A stretch of 64,000 bases of DNA from Candidatus Omnitrophota bacterium (GCA_041649175.1 JBAZNR010000002.1:257766-321765); one strand, 5' to 3'; shown: positions 9,647 to 19,300, counted from the stretch's first letter. The notes: generated by a model not told the origin, from the sequence alone. A program made the numbers and translations.

Positions 9647-10054
9647 ATGAACAAATACAAAAACAATAAGGGTTTTTCTCTTATTGAAGTTCTCGTCGCC
9701 TCGGTTATTTTCACCATCGCAGCCGTTGGATTGTTCGCTACCGTCTCAAGCCTGCGCGGTGGCTCCGATAAGGCAGAGCGCCGGTTAGAAGTAACAAATA
9801 TCGGCCGGCAACTTTTAGAAGAATTACGCTCAAAGATCGGACAAGCTGCTTGGCCACTCACTTGCGATGGAAATCCCCAACCTTGGCCTAACACGCTTTT
9901 ACCAGCTGCCGGAACAAATCCAACGTATGATCGTTTATCAGCCAACCCTTTCAATTTGCAGTTTCAATATATTTGTGATGACGTAGATACAAACGGTGAT
10001 GCAGCTCGAGTCCTATACAAAGTTGACCAAACAATAACTTACGATGAACCTTAA
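9647..10054 (+). CDS. minor pseudopilin (PilV/GspI-like)
   Basis: 135 aa. N-terminal KGFSLIEVLVASVIFTIAAVGLFATV matches the GspI/PilV N-terminal signature. Confidence 0.6.
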   Translation: MNKYKNNKGFSLIEVLVASVIFTIAAVGLFATVSSLRGGSDKAERRLEVTNIGRQLLEELRSKIGQAAWPLTCDGNPQPWPNTLLPAAGTNPTYDRLSANPFNLQFQYICDDVDTNGDAARVLYKVDQTITYDEP

Positions 10055-10640
10055 GACAAAAAAATCTCTCACGCTAGCAGAGCTTTTAACCGCAACTGTT
10101 GTCACCGGGCTTATCATGGCGGCCGTTGCTTCCATGGATTTTGCCATTCGCCAATCCGGGCAGGGAACAACGCGCAATGCCATCGTTACCATGCGCACAA
10201 CCGCCACCATGGCTGACATCATTAAAAACGCATCGCTTGCCATTGGTAACGGCACGACGCTACCAAGCACAGGAATTGACCCCACAGCAAGTCACTTTTG
10301 CATTCGTCAAGATGCTGGACCGCCGCCCGGAACACCAGGGAACTACAACGACGATCGCTGGGTTTGTTATACTCTCCCCGCCGCATCAACAACGCTTTAC
10401 AAGTGCATCGACGATATTCCCCCCATTGATCCCTTTGATTGCGGGCCAGCAGTACCTGGTAATGAAATCATAGGAAGTGTTGATGTTTTTGACTACAGTC
10501 TGCAGCAAGACCCCGTGCTTATGGAAAATTATATTGAGATAACTTTAAAAAGCCGCATGGATCCAACCCAACCAGCAAGTGTCACCAATCCGGAATATAC
10601 ACTTACCTCCCGCGTGCGCCCCGACAGCCATAGCTTCTAA
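10044..10640 (+). CDS. minor pseudopilin (PilW/GspJ-like)
   Basis: 198 aa. N-terminal KKSLTLAELLTATVVTGLIMAAVASMDFAI. Larger body typical of GspJ/PilW. Confidence 0.55.
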   Translation: MNLKTKKSLTLAELLTATVVTGLIMAAVASMDFAIRQSGQGTTRNAIVTMRTTATMADIIKNASLAIGNGTTLPSTGIDPTASHFCIRQDAGPPPGTPGNYNDDRWVCYTLPAASTTLYKCIDDIPPIDPFDCGPAVPGNEIIGSVDVFDYSLQQDPVLMENYIEITLKSRMDPTQPASVTNPEYTLTSRVRPDSHSF

Positions 10641-10770
10641 TTTTTGTGAAGATAAAAACTTGTCACAAGCCCCTTGTTTTGCTAAGATACCTCTTCACGT
10701 AGACCGTTCAATTAAAAAGATTCCGCGTTTGAATTAAAAGATTACTATTAAAAGATCATAACTTTTCGAT

Positions 10771-10843
10771 GGGCCGATAGCTCAGCTGGGAGAGTGCCTG
10801 GTTCGCAATCAGGAGGTCGGGGGTTCGATCCCCCCTCGGTCCA
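10771..10843 (+). tRNA. tRNA-Ala (anticodon CGC)
   Basis: Hand-folded cloverleaf. Acceptor GGGCCGA/TCGGTCC with the G3:U70 alanine identity pair. Anticodon loop TTCGCAA. D-loop has GG, T-loop TTCGATC. Discriminator A. CCA is not encoded. Confidence 0.8.
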
Positions 10844-10851
10844 CTTAAACT

Positions 10852-10916
10852 TTCAGACTTCAGCCTTCAGCTTTCAGCACAAAAAGCTGAAGGCTGACAG
10901 CTGACAGCTGAAAGCT
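10852..10916 (+). repeat. inverted arrays of tandem heptamers (TTCAGNN)x4 - ACAAAAA - (GCTGANN)x4 forming a long imperfect hairpin
   Basis: Sequence ttcagac ttcagcc ttcagct ttcagca c aaaaa gctgaag gctgaca gctgaca gctgaaa gct. Lies directly 3' of tRNA-Ala and 5' of rsmE. No U-tract follows. Confidence 0.5.
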
Positions 10917-10921
10917 AAAAC

Positions 10922-11662
10922 ATGCATCGATTTTTCTGCCCGCAAGAAAATTTCATTCAAACAACCCTCACCATCACAGACCAAAAAGAAATCCATCATT
11001 TAAAAAATGTTCTACGCCTAAAGGAGGGTGACAGAATCGTCCTTTTTAACGGACAGGGAAAAGAAGCGGACGCAACGATCACTTCGATTGCCGAGAACGC
11101 CATTGAGGTCTCCCTAAGCGACATCCGACAAGACGAAAAGAAAAATTTCACGATCATCTTGGCCTGCGCCATTCCTAAAAAAGCAAAGTTCGAATCTATC
11201 ATAGAAAAATGTACCGAGCTCGGCGTTGATGAAATTATTCCTCTTAAAACGCAAAGAACCGAAGTTATCTTTTCAAAAGAAAAAATGCCGGATAAGGTTA
11301 AACGCTTTCAAACCGTTGCCATTAATGCCTCCAAACAATCCAACCGAAAAACAATTCCCGCTATCCATCCGGTTTTAAGCTTGTCAGAGGCGCTTAAGCA
11401 TATTGATAATTCCACACTCGCCTTGATCCCGCATCTCTCCGGAAAAAGGAAATCGCTTCATGAGATCATGAGTCAAAATCCGCATGCCAAAAAAATCATG
11501 TTTTTTATCGGCCCTGAGGGTGATTTTACTCCCGAAGAAATCGCTTTAGCCATTAAATCCGGATCCATTGCCGTTTCTCTGGGCGAAACAACGCTTAAAG
11601 TTGACACCGCCGCTATTTCTGTCGTCGCCTTTGCACAATTACTTTTGGCAGATGAAAAATAA
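10922..11662 (+). CDS. rsmE: 16S rRNA (uracil1498-N3)-methyltransferase RsmE
   Basis: 246 aa. RsmE family N-terminal PUA-like and SPOUT features (LKNVLRLKEGDRIVLFNGQGKEADATI... GPEGDFTPEEI). Confidence 0.8.
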   Translation: MHRFFCPQENFIQTTLTITDQKEIHHLKNVLRLKEGDRIVLFNGQGKEADATITSIAENAIEVSLSDIRQDEKKNFTIILACAIPKKAKFESIIEKCTELGVDEIIPLKTQRTEVIFSKEKMPDKVKRFQTVAINASKQSNRKTIPAIHPVLSLSEALKHIDNSTLALIPHLSGKRKSLHEIMSQNPHAKKIMFFIGPEGDFTPEEIALAIKSGSIAVSLGETTLKVDTAAISVVAFAQLLLADEK

Positions 11663-13442
11663 AAGAGAAATCCTCTGCCTTGCCGCCATTTTCTTTTTCG
11701 CGTTAGCCTTACGCCTCGCCTACATGTTTTTCCTCAAGAAAGAATACCTTTTCTATGATCACCCGGCAGACGATGTTTTGTATTACCAAGAGTGGGCCGG
11801 AGAAATTGCCGCAGGGGACTGGATAGGCAAAAGAGCTTTTTGGGGGATGCCGCTTTATCCTTACTTTCTGGCGATCCTCATGCCATTTTCTTTCGGAAGC
11901 ACTGAAGTGCTTCGCATTTTTCATCTTATCCTGGGAAGCGCCAACGTCCTTTTGGTTTATTTTATTGCCAAGCAGATCTTTTCAAGGCCGACAGCTTGGC
12001 TGGCCGCTTTTTTTACCGCAACAAATTTTATTTTAATCTACTACGATTGGCTCATGATGCCGGTCACACTCATCATTACGCTAAGTTTGATCCTTGTTTA
12101 CGGGTTTTTAACGCTTAGCCCTTCGTCGAAAAGATCTGAATGGTTCATCCTGGGAATTGTTTTTGGTTTAAGCACATTATCCGATGGAAAATTCCTGATA
12201 TTCTTTGCTTTCACGCTTATTTATCTTGCCTGGCAATATCGCCCTCCGGGCAAAAAAACTTTTATAAAAGTTTTTTTGCCCCTGATCGCCGGCGCGCTCA
12301 TCATTATTCTTGGCGTTGCCATACGAAACCGCGTAATCGGTAAAGATTGGGTTTTAACCAGCGCTCACGGCGGGATCAACTTCTATATCGGCAATAATCC
12401 GAAAGCCAGCGGAGTTTTTGACAATCCTCAATTTATCCGCCCGGACCATAACGGATTTGAAACCGACACGCGCATTATCGCCGAGCAAGCCTTAAAAAGA
12501 AGTCTTCGCCCATCGGAGGTTTCACAGTTCTGGATGGATCAGGGAATCGAATTCATCCGGAAAAATCCCGGGCAATACTTGAGCCTCTTAGGAAAGAAAA
12601 TTGCGGCATTTTTTCAAGATACCGAACGGTCCTATGATATTGACCTGGTTTTTCAAATTCCGTATAAAAATAAATTTGACTTCAACTCATTGCGCATTAT
12701 TTTTCCGCTGGCAATCACCGGATTCATTTTTGCTTTCGTGAATTCTAGAAAATTTGCTTTTCCCGCGCTACTCATCGCCAGCCAGCTTATCTTTACGCTT
12801 TGTTTTTTTCTAATTACCCGGCATCGCGCGACGATCTTGCCGTTTTTGATCATATTCCAATCTTTTTGTATTATCTGGGCTATTAATCAAATCAAAGAGA
12901 AAAAATGGAATATGCTCATCATAGCGGCTCTTATTTCTCTCGGGATGTTCTTAATTTTAAAACCGGTATCCATTGATCCTAAAATCGTGTCATTTTTAAG
13001 ATCAAGCAAGGCCGGCCCTCTTTTAGCCGAGCAAAAACGCTTCGATGAAGCCCGTAGGGAATACTTATCAGCTCTTAAATTGCAGCCCTTCGACGTAAAC
13101 TCCATCTACAATCTTGCCAATACCTATGTCGCCGAAAATAATTTTAAAGATGCGATTTCCTGGTACGAACGCGCCTTGCAGATCAATCCCCGGGATGTTG
13201 ATGCGCTTTATAATTTAGCTTATTGCCAGGAGCAAAATAAGAATACAAATACCGCCATCAAACTTTACGAGGAATTGTTGCGTCTTTCTCCGGAAAGCTT
13301 AGACGGCCATTACCGTTTGGGAAATATTTATCTATCGCAATCACAGTGCGAAAAAGCAAAAACTCATTTCAACATCATCGCTCAGAGCAATCCTTCTGTT
13401 CAAGATGAGTTAAAAAATGCCTTGGATTCATGCCGCCCTTGA
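11652..13442 (+). CDS. polytopic membrane protein with GT-C (ArnT/PMT-like) glycosyltransferase N-terminal region and C-terminal TPR repeats
   Basis: Start chosen at the ATG giving MKNKREILCLAAIFFFALALRLAYMF. About 11 TM helices are followed by TPR-like repeats (YNLANTYVAENNFKDAISWYERALQINPRDVDALYNLAYC...). Confidence 0.55.
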   Translation: MKNKREILCLAAIFFFALALRLAYMFFLKKEYLFYDHPADDVLYYQEWAGEIAAGDWIGKRAFWGMPLYPYFLAILMPFSFGSTEVLRIFHLILGSANVLLVYFIAKQIFSRPTAWLAAFFTATNFILIYYDWLMMPVTLIITLSLILVYGFLTLSPSSKRSEWFILGIVFGLSTLSDGKFLIFFAFTLIYLAWQYRPPGKKTFIKVFLPLIAGALIIILGVAIRNRVIGKDWVLTSAHGGINFYIGNNPKASGVFDNPQFIRPDHNGFETDTRIIAEQALKRSLRPSEVSQFWMDQGIEFIRKNPGQYLSLLGKKIAAFFQDTERSYDIDLVFQIPYKNKFDFNSLRIIFPLAITGFIFAFVNSRKFAFPALLIASQLIFTLCFFLITRHRATILPFLIIFQSFCIIWAINQIKEKKWNMLIIAALISLGMFLILKPVSIDPKIVSFLRSSKAGPLLAEQKRFDEARREYLSALKLQPFDVNSIYNLANTYVAENNFKDAISWYERALQINPRDVDALYNLAYCQEQNKNTNTAIKLYEELLRLSPESLDGHYRLGNIYLSQSQCEKAKTHFNIIAQSNPSVQDELKNALDSCRP

Positions 13443-13532
13443 ACTTTTCTAACAATAACAATAGTTTTTCTTCTTAATCTATAACTTGTTCTATCGCAAC
13501 GGTTTATTCTTGTTTTCCGTCTATCGAAAATG

Positions 13533-13561
13533 TTGACAACCCAATAACACTCGTGTATAAT
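13533..13561 (+). promoter_or_regulatory. consensus sigma70-type promoter upstream of recA (TTGACA-N17-TATAAT)
   Basis: ttgaca acccaataacactcgtg tataat sits 39 nt upstream of the recA ATG. Confidence 0.55.
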
Positions 13562-13599
13562 TTCACTCTCTTAATTAAATTTTAGAAAGGAAGTGGTTC

Positions 13600-14652
13600 A
13601 TGGCTGAACAGAAAAAATCAGTTGAAAAGGCTGCCGAAAAAGACAAGGGAGCCGAAACTGCCCACAGGCAAAAAGCACTCGAACTTGCCTTAATCCAAAT
13701 CGAAAAACAATTCGGAAAAGGTTCTATTATGAAGCTGGATAGCACCGTCAATATGGATATTGCGGCTATCCCGACAGGATCTTTGTCCTTAGACCTTGCC
13801 TTAGGCATCGGTGGTGTCCCTCGCGGAAGAGTCATCGAGATTTATGGACCGGAATCATCCGGAAAAACAACGCTCACCTTAAGCATCATTTCCCAAATAC
13901 AAAAAATGGGCGGTGTGGCGGCTTTTATCGACGCGGAACACGCTTTTGATTCAAATTACGCCAAAACCGTCGGCGTAACACTCGAAGACCTTTTGATCTC
14001 GCAACCTGATACCGGTGAACAAGCCCTCGAGATCGCCGAAACGCTGGTACGCTCAAATGCCGTCGACCTCGTGGTCATTGACTCCGTCGCCGCCTTAACA
14101 CCAAAGGCTGAAATTGAAGGCGACATGGGTGATTCACATATGGGGCTTCAGGCGCGTTTAATGTCACAAGCGCTCAGGAAACTAACCGCCGCCATCAGCA
14201 AATCAAAAACATGCGTTATCTTCATTAATCAGATCCGCATGAAGATCGGCGTTATGTTCGGCTCTCCGGAAACAACGACCGGCGGCCGAGCGCTCAAATT
14301 CTACGCCTCCGTTCGTATCGACCTTCGTAAAATTGAGTCTCTCAAAAATGGCGAAGAATTTGTCGGTAACCGAGTTAAAGCAAAAATTGTTAAAAATAAA
14401 GTCGCCGCTCCGTTTCGTGACGCCGAATTTGAGATCATGTTCAAAGAAGGGATCTCTTATGTAAGCGATATTCTTGATCTGGGAATTGCGCATGAGATCA
14501 TTCAAAAGTCCGGCGCCTGGCTTTCGTATGAGAATGAAAAGATCGGGCAAGGACGCGAAAGCGCGCGCCAATATTTAAAAGAAAATCCGAAAATTCTTCA
14601 AAAGATCGAAAAGCAAATTCGCGAGAAACTAGGGATCAAAAAACAGTCGTAA
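13600..14652 (+). CDS. recA: recombinase RecA
   Basis: 350 aa. Canonical RecA sequence (GSIMKL..., Walker [22 protein letters not shown]). Confidence 0.95.
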   Translation: MAEQKKSVEKAAEKDKGAETAHRQKALELALIQIEKQFGKGSIMKLDSTVNMDIAAIPTGSLSLDLALGIGGVPRGRVIEIYGPESSGKTTLTLSIISQIQKMGGVAAFIDAEHAFDSNYAKTVGVTLEDLLISQPDTGEQALEIAETLVRSNAVDLVVIDSVAALTPKAEIEGDMGDSHMGLQARLMSQALRKLTAAISKSKTCVIFINQIRMKIGVMFGSPETTTGGRALKFYASVRIDLRKIESLKNGEEFVGNRVKAKIVKNKVAAPFRDAEFEIMFKEGISYVSDILDLGIAHEIIQKSGAWLSYENEKIGQGRESARQYLKENPKILQKIEKQIREKLGIKKQS

Positions 14653-14692
14653 GCTAGTTGAACAAAATCATTAGACAAGGGGGGAGGGCGCG

Positions 14693-16222
14693 ATGAAATT
14701 CCGTATGAAAATCGCAGGTGTTCTTATCTTGTTTGCAGGAATTATTTTAGGGTTCACTATTGCCGCGCGCATTAATGTATCGCCCGAGGCAATAGCGCAA
14801 CCAATATCGGACAGCGTGAATTTTTCTGACGCGATCGAGAATGTTTCCGAACAAGTCGGCCCAACGGTCGTTTCGATCCAAACGGAAAAGATTGCGAAAC
14901 CACGCGTCCAACAGCGCCGTTATTACGCGAGTCCTTTTGGCGGCGGCTCAGAAAGCCCTTTTGAAGACGATCTTTTTAACCGGTTCTTTGAAGATTTTTT
15001 TGGCGAAATGCCGGATTTTGAACAAAAGCGTTCCGGATTAGGTTCCGGCGTCATCATTGACAAAGACGGCTATATTTTAACGAATGAACACGTTGTCAGT
15101 GATGCCGACATTATTACCGTAACATTATCCGACGGAAGAGAATTTAAAGGAACCTTAAAAGGGACCGATCCGCGTTCCGACCTGGCAGTTATAAAAATTA
15201 GCGCGCCCAATCTTCCCGTAGCGAAATTGGGACAATCCGACAATATCAAGATCGGACAATGGGTTGTCGCTATCGGCAATCCGTTCGGATATCTTTTGTC
15301 AAATTCCGAACCAACCGTTACCGCCGGGGTTGTCAGCGCTTTACATCGCTCACTTCCCAGGACTTCGTGGCGTGATAGTGACTATACCGACCTGATCCAA
15401 ACAGATGCCGCGATCAATCCCGGAAATTCCGGCGGGCCTTTAGTTAATTTACGGGGTGAAGTTATCGGGATCAACGTTGCCATATTTACCACGTCCGGCG
15501 GGTATCAGGGCATCGGATTTGCAATTCCTATTGATACAGCCAAGCGCATCGTACAAAGCCTGATCGAAGGCAAAAAAGTTGAATACGGATGGATCGGTGT
15601 CAACATTCAAGAAATTGATGAGAAATTAGCCAAGTATTTTTCTCTATCCGGGCCGCAAACGGGAGCATTGGTTTCTCAGATCCTAGAAGACAGCCCGGCG
15701 CAAAAAGCCGGAGTAAGAAACGGCGATATCATTGTCGCCGTTAACGACCAACTCGTCAGAAAGCCGGCACATCTTATTAAGGTGATCGGAAATACTCCGG
15801 TTGGACAAAAGATCAAGTTAAAAGTTTTACGTGATAAAAAGCCGCTGGATATCACCGTTGAGGTTGCGAAAAGGCCCGAGTTCGACCAGGAAGGAAAGAT
15901 AATCACGCAACAAACAGAAAATGATGATGCGATCGAAGATGACGGACATGTTTCTTGGCGCGGCATGGATGTTCAATCATTAACGCCGGAGCTGGCGAGC
16001 CGTTTGCGTTTAGAAAACAATACCGGCGTCATCGTCGATAGTGTAGAGCCCACAAGCCAAGCGGACCAAGCAGGATTACAACGAGGCATTGTCATCACCG
16101 AGATCAATAAAAAACCGATCAAGAATATCAAAGATTTTAAGGATGCGGTAAAAAATGAGAGCGGCGATTGCCTGATCCAAACAAATCACGGCTATCTCGT
16201 CATTAAGTTCGCAAAGGAATGA
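14693..16222 (+). CDS. htrA: periplasmic serine endoprotease HtrA/DegP/DegQ family (trypsin domain plus 2 PDZ)
   Basis: 509 aa. Signal/TM anchor. Catalytic-triad context (…TNEHVV…, DLAVIK, GNSGGPL). Two PDZ-like segments. Confidence 0.85.
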   Translation: MKFRMKIAGVLILFAGIILGFTIAARINVSPEAIAQPISDSVNFSDAIENVSEQVGPTVVSIQTEKIAKPRVQQRRYYASPFGGGSESPFEDDLFNRFFEDFFGEMPDFEQKRSGLGSGVIIDKDGYILTNEHVVSDADIITVTLSDGREFKGTLKGTDPRSDLAVIKISAPNLPVAKLGQSDNIKIGQWVVAIGNPFGYLLSNSEPTVTAGVVSALHRSLPRTSWRDSDYTDLIQTDAAINPGNSGGPLVNLRGEVIGINVAIFTTSGGYQGIGFAIPIDTAKRIVQSLIEGKKVEYGWIGVNIQEIDEKLAKYFSLSGPQTGALVSQILEDSPAQKAGVRNGDIIVAVNDQLVRKPAHLIKVIGNTPVGQKIKLKVLRDKKPLDITVEVAKRPEFDQEGKIITQQTENDDAIEDDGHVSWRGMDVQSLTPELASRLRLENNTGVIVDSVEPTSQADQAGLQRGIVITEINKKPIKNIKDFKDAVKNESGDCLIQTNHGYLVIKFAKE

Positions 16223-16695
16223 ACCCCGAAGACGTAACGCCGGAATTCTCAAAAGCAAAAGCGGCCGCTTTTAGGCTGATCAAGGTACGAAATCGAAGCA
16301 CCAAAGAGCTCATTGATCGATTAACAAGAAAAAGGTTTTCAAAAAGTATTATTGACAGCATTCTTCAATACCTTCAGAAAACACAACTCGTCGATGATGC
16401 GCAATTCACCAAAGATTGGATTCGTGCCCGCCTTCATAAGCCCTACGGCTTAAGACGCATAGCTTATGAACTGAAAGAAAAGGGAATTAGCGATTCCTTG
16501 GCGAAAAATGCCATCGCGCAAGTGAAAGCCGATTACCCCGAAGAAGCGATCGTTTCTGAATTAATAAAAAAACGTGTCGAGCGTTACAAGAATTTAGAGA
16601 AAACAAAAATAAAACAGCGATTATTCAATTATTTGGCAAACCGCGGATTTAATATAGACACCATCGAGCGAGTACTGAATAAATATGACGGCTAA
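16219..16695 (+). CDS. recX: RecA regulator RecX
   Basis: 158 aa. RecX-like three-repeat helical protein (…LIDRLTRKRFSKSIIDSILQYLQKTQLVDDAQF…). Lies between recA and alaS as in E. coli. Confidence 0.75.
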   Translation: MNPEDVTPEFSKAKAAAFRLIKVRNRSTKELIDRLTRKRFSKSIIDSILQYLQKTQLVDDAQFTKDWIRARLHKPYGLRRIAYELKEKGISDSLAKNAIAQVKADYPEEAIVSELIKKRVERYKNLEKTKIKQRLFNYLANRGFNIDTIERVLNKYDG

Positions 16696-19300
16696 TGAAA
16701 TAAGAGCAAAGTTTTTGGACTTTTTTGCCTCCAAAGGGCACAAGATCGTGGAGAGCGATTCGGTCGTTCCCAAGGATGACCCGACGGTCCTTTTTACCAC
16801 CGCCGGGATGCAACAGTTCAAAAAACAATTTTTAGGCTACGTTGAAGGCTACACAAAGGCGGCCACATCGCAAAAATGCCTTCGCACGGACGATCTGGAC
16901 AAGGTCGGCAAGACCGCCTTTCATCATACCTTTTTTGAAATGCTGGGAAATTTTTCCTTCGGCGATTATTTCAAGAAAGAAGCGATCACTTGGGCGTGGG
17001 AATTTTTAACGCATGCGTTAAAAATTCCCAGCGAAAAGCTCTGGGTTTCGGTGTACAAAGACGACGACGAGGCATACGATATTTGGCTAAATAACATCAA
17101 AATCAAAAAAGAGCGTATTGTCAAGTTGGGCGATAAAAGCAATTTCTGGCCGTCGGAAGCTAAAGAAAAAGGCCCCAATGGTCCTTGCGGCCCGTGTTCT
17201 GAAATTTTCTATGATTACGGTGTAAACCCGAATTGTCCCAACGGAAGCAAGTGTGATCCCGATTGCAGCTGCGGACGTTTTTCGGAGGTTTGGAATCTGG
17301 TCTTTACACAATTTAACCGTAAGGAAGGCGGCGTTCTAGAACCGCTTCCCAATAAAAATATTGATACCGGAATGGGTTTAGAACGCCTAGTCGCGGTTGT
17401 TCAAGGCAAAAAAAACAATTATGAAACCGATTTGTTTGAGCCGATTATTTCCGCCATTACGCAAGAAACAGAAAAAGAAAATTGCAAATTGGAAAGAGTC
17501 GAGAAACTTATCATTGCCGACCACTTGCGCGCCATCGTTTTTGGAATTTGCGACGGCGTTATTCCGTCTAATGAAGGCCGCGGCTATATCGTTAAGAAGC
17601 TTATTATTGACAGCACCGATTTGATTTTACAAAAAGGAGTGGAAAAACCGATTGTTTATAAGCTTATTCCAAGCGTTATTCATGCAATGAAAAACCCTTA
17701 TCCCGAAATTGCAGAAAAACTCAGCGATGTTGCAACAGTTATCAAGAAAATAGAAGAAGGGTATATAAAGCTTGAGAAAGAGCGAATTCCTGAAATTAAA
17801 AAACTTGTTACCGATGCATATGCAAAAAATCAAAGTCTACAAGAAAAGCGACACGAACTCGTAGAAATTATGTTTAAATACCGCGACACTTTCGGGCTAA
17901 CATTGGCGGCAATTAGCAAAGCAATTTTGGAAACCTCAATCGGTAAAGACGAGTTGCAAGAAGGTATCAATCGTTTTCCAAGCAAAATGGACGAGCAAAA
18001 AGAACGTTCCCGCGCCTCCAGTAAAATGACCGGTGATGTTTTCGCGGAAGCCGGAATTAATCTCAACGTTCCCAAAACCGAATTTTTAGGCTATCAGAAA
18101 AATGAAGCTGGCGTGAAAATCCTAAAACTGCTTATTGAAAATAAAGAAGTCGCGGAAGCTAAAAAAGGCGATTCCATAAAAATCATCTTAGATAAAACGC
18201 CCTTTTACGCAGAATCCGGTGGACAAGTAGGCGACAGCGGAACAATTTCTAAAAGCGGCTCTGTTATTAAAGTTACAGACACGCAAAAATTTGCCGACAT
18301 TTTTATTCATACCGCAACAGTCGAAAGCGGCTCATTTAAAGAAGCTGACGCCGTAACCGCAAAAATTGACGAACCGCGCCGGCTTTCTATTATGCGCAAT
18401 CATACCGCCACACATCTTTTGCAGGCCGCTTTAAGAAAAGTTCTAGGCGCGCATGTTCAACAGCAAGGATCACTCGTCGCGCCCGAACGATTGCGTTTTG
18501 ATTTTACGCACCCGCAAGGCGTAACTAAGGACCAGCTTGCCCAGATCGAAACGCTCATTAACGGCTTTATTGCGGCGAATGACCAAATCGAAAAACACGT
18601 GATGCCCATTGCCGAAGCGAAAAAAAGCGGCGCCTTGGCCTTCTTCGCCGAGAAATATGGCGAAACGGTGCGCGTTGTTTCCATTGACGGTTATTCCAAA
18701 GAATTTTGCGGCGGAACACATTTGAATAAAACCGGCGAGATCATTTCTCTTAAAATTACCGGCGAAGGCGCCATCGCTCAAGGAATACGCCGCATTGAAG
18801 CCGTGACCGGAACTTATGTGCAAGATTGGCAAAAAGAAAAAGAATCCCAGGAACAGCTCCTGCGGCAATCACAACAGCTCAAGGAACAGGAAAAGCAAGA
18901 AAGCGAACAAAACTTTACGAACATCAAAAACTCAATTGATGCTATTATTAAAGAATCGACAATGATCGCCGATGCAACCATCGTCCGCCGACATTTTAAA
19001 GATATTGATCCGGGATTATTGCGCAGGGTTTCAGACTTGATCAAACAAAAGGTGAGATCAGCGGTCATCATTTTAACCTGTGAAAAAAGCGGCAATGCTC
19101 ATATTTTGATCGCCGTCACTGAAGACCTGATCAAAAAAGATATTAAAGCCGATGAGATCGTTTCAAGGATAGCCCCAATCATTGACGGTAGCGGCGGCGG
19201 CCGGGCGCAAATGGCTCAAGCCGGAAGCAAAAACCCCGCAAAATTACCGGAAGCACTTAAAAAAACTGAATCCATCTTGAAAGAGTTGATCGAAAAATGA
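16685..19300 (+). CDS. alaS: alanine--tRNA ligase
   Basis: 871 aa. Class II aaRS motifs and the AlaRS editing-domain metal ligands (HTATHLL…, CGGTH). Confidence 0.95.
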   Translation: MTANEIRAKFLDFFASKGHKIVESDSVVPKDDPTVLFTTAGMQQFKKQFLGYVEGYTKAATSQKCLRTDDLDKVGKTAFHHTFFEMLGNFSFGDYFKKEAITWAWEFLTHALKIPSEKLWVSVYKDDDEAYDIWLNNIKIKKERIVKLGDKSNFWPSEAKEKGPNGPCGPCSEIFYDYGVNPNCPNGSKCDPDCSCGRFSEVWNLVFTQFNRKEGGVLEPLPNKNIDTGMGLERLVAVVQGKKNNYETDLFEPIISAITQETEKENCKLERVEKLIIADHLRAIVFGICDGVIPSNEGRGYIVKKLIIDSTDLILQKGVEKPIVYKLIPSVIHAMKNPYPEIAEKLSDVATVIKKIEEGYIKLEKERIPEIKKLVTDAYAKNQSLQEKRHELVEIMFKYRDTFGLTLAAISKAILETSIGKDELQEGINRFPSKMDEQKERSRASSKMTGDVFAEAGINLNVPKTEFLGYQKNEAGVKILKLLIENKEVAEAKKGDSIKIILDKTPFYAESGGQVGDSGTISKSGSVIKVTDTQKFADIFIHTATVESGSFKEADAVTAKIDEPRRLSIMRNHTATHLLQAALRKVLGAHVQQQGSLVAPERLRFDFTHPQGVTKDQLAQIETLINGFIAANDQIEKHVMPIAEAKKSGALAFFAEKYGETVRVVSIDGYSKEFCGGTHLNKTGEIISLKITGEGAIAQGIRRIEAVTGTYVQDWQKEKESQEQLLRQSQQLKEQEKQESEQNFTNIKNSIDAIIKESTMIADATIVRRHFKDIDPGLLRRVSDLIKQKVRSAVIILTCEKSGNAHILIAVTEDLIKKDIKADEIVSRIAPIIDGSGGGRAQMAQAGSKNPAKLPEALKKTESILKELIEK

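Noticed and set aside
9484-9954. 156-aa minus-strand ORF overlapping two pilin genes
   Set aside because: Antisense to well-supported prepilin genes. Low-complexity translation, no start or RBS context. Typical frame artifact. The same applies to 8916..9170(+), 9350..9559(-) and 10013..10285(-).
10099-10473. 124-aa proline-rich alternative-frame ORF inside the PilW-like gene
   Set aside because: Same strand but out of frame with a gene that has a clear class III signal peptide. The composition is an artifact of GC-rich codon third positions.
10641-10921. Integrative element, prophage or att site at tRNA-Ala
   Set aside because: No integrase, excisionase-containing phage module or direct repeat of the tRNA 3' end is visible on either side. 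Flanking genes are a pilin and rsmE. Only the heptamer palindrome is unusual, and it is reported separately.
13500-13560. LexA/SOS box in the recA promoter
   Set aside because: Only partial resemblance (cgaaaatgttg) to a Cheo-box half-site arrangement. Not convincing without a PWM scan.
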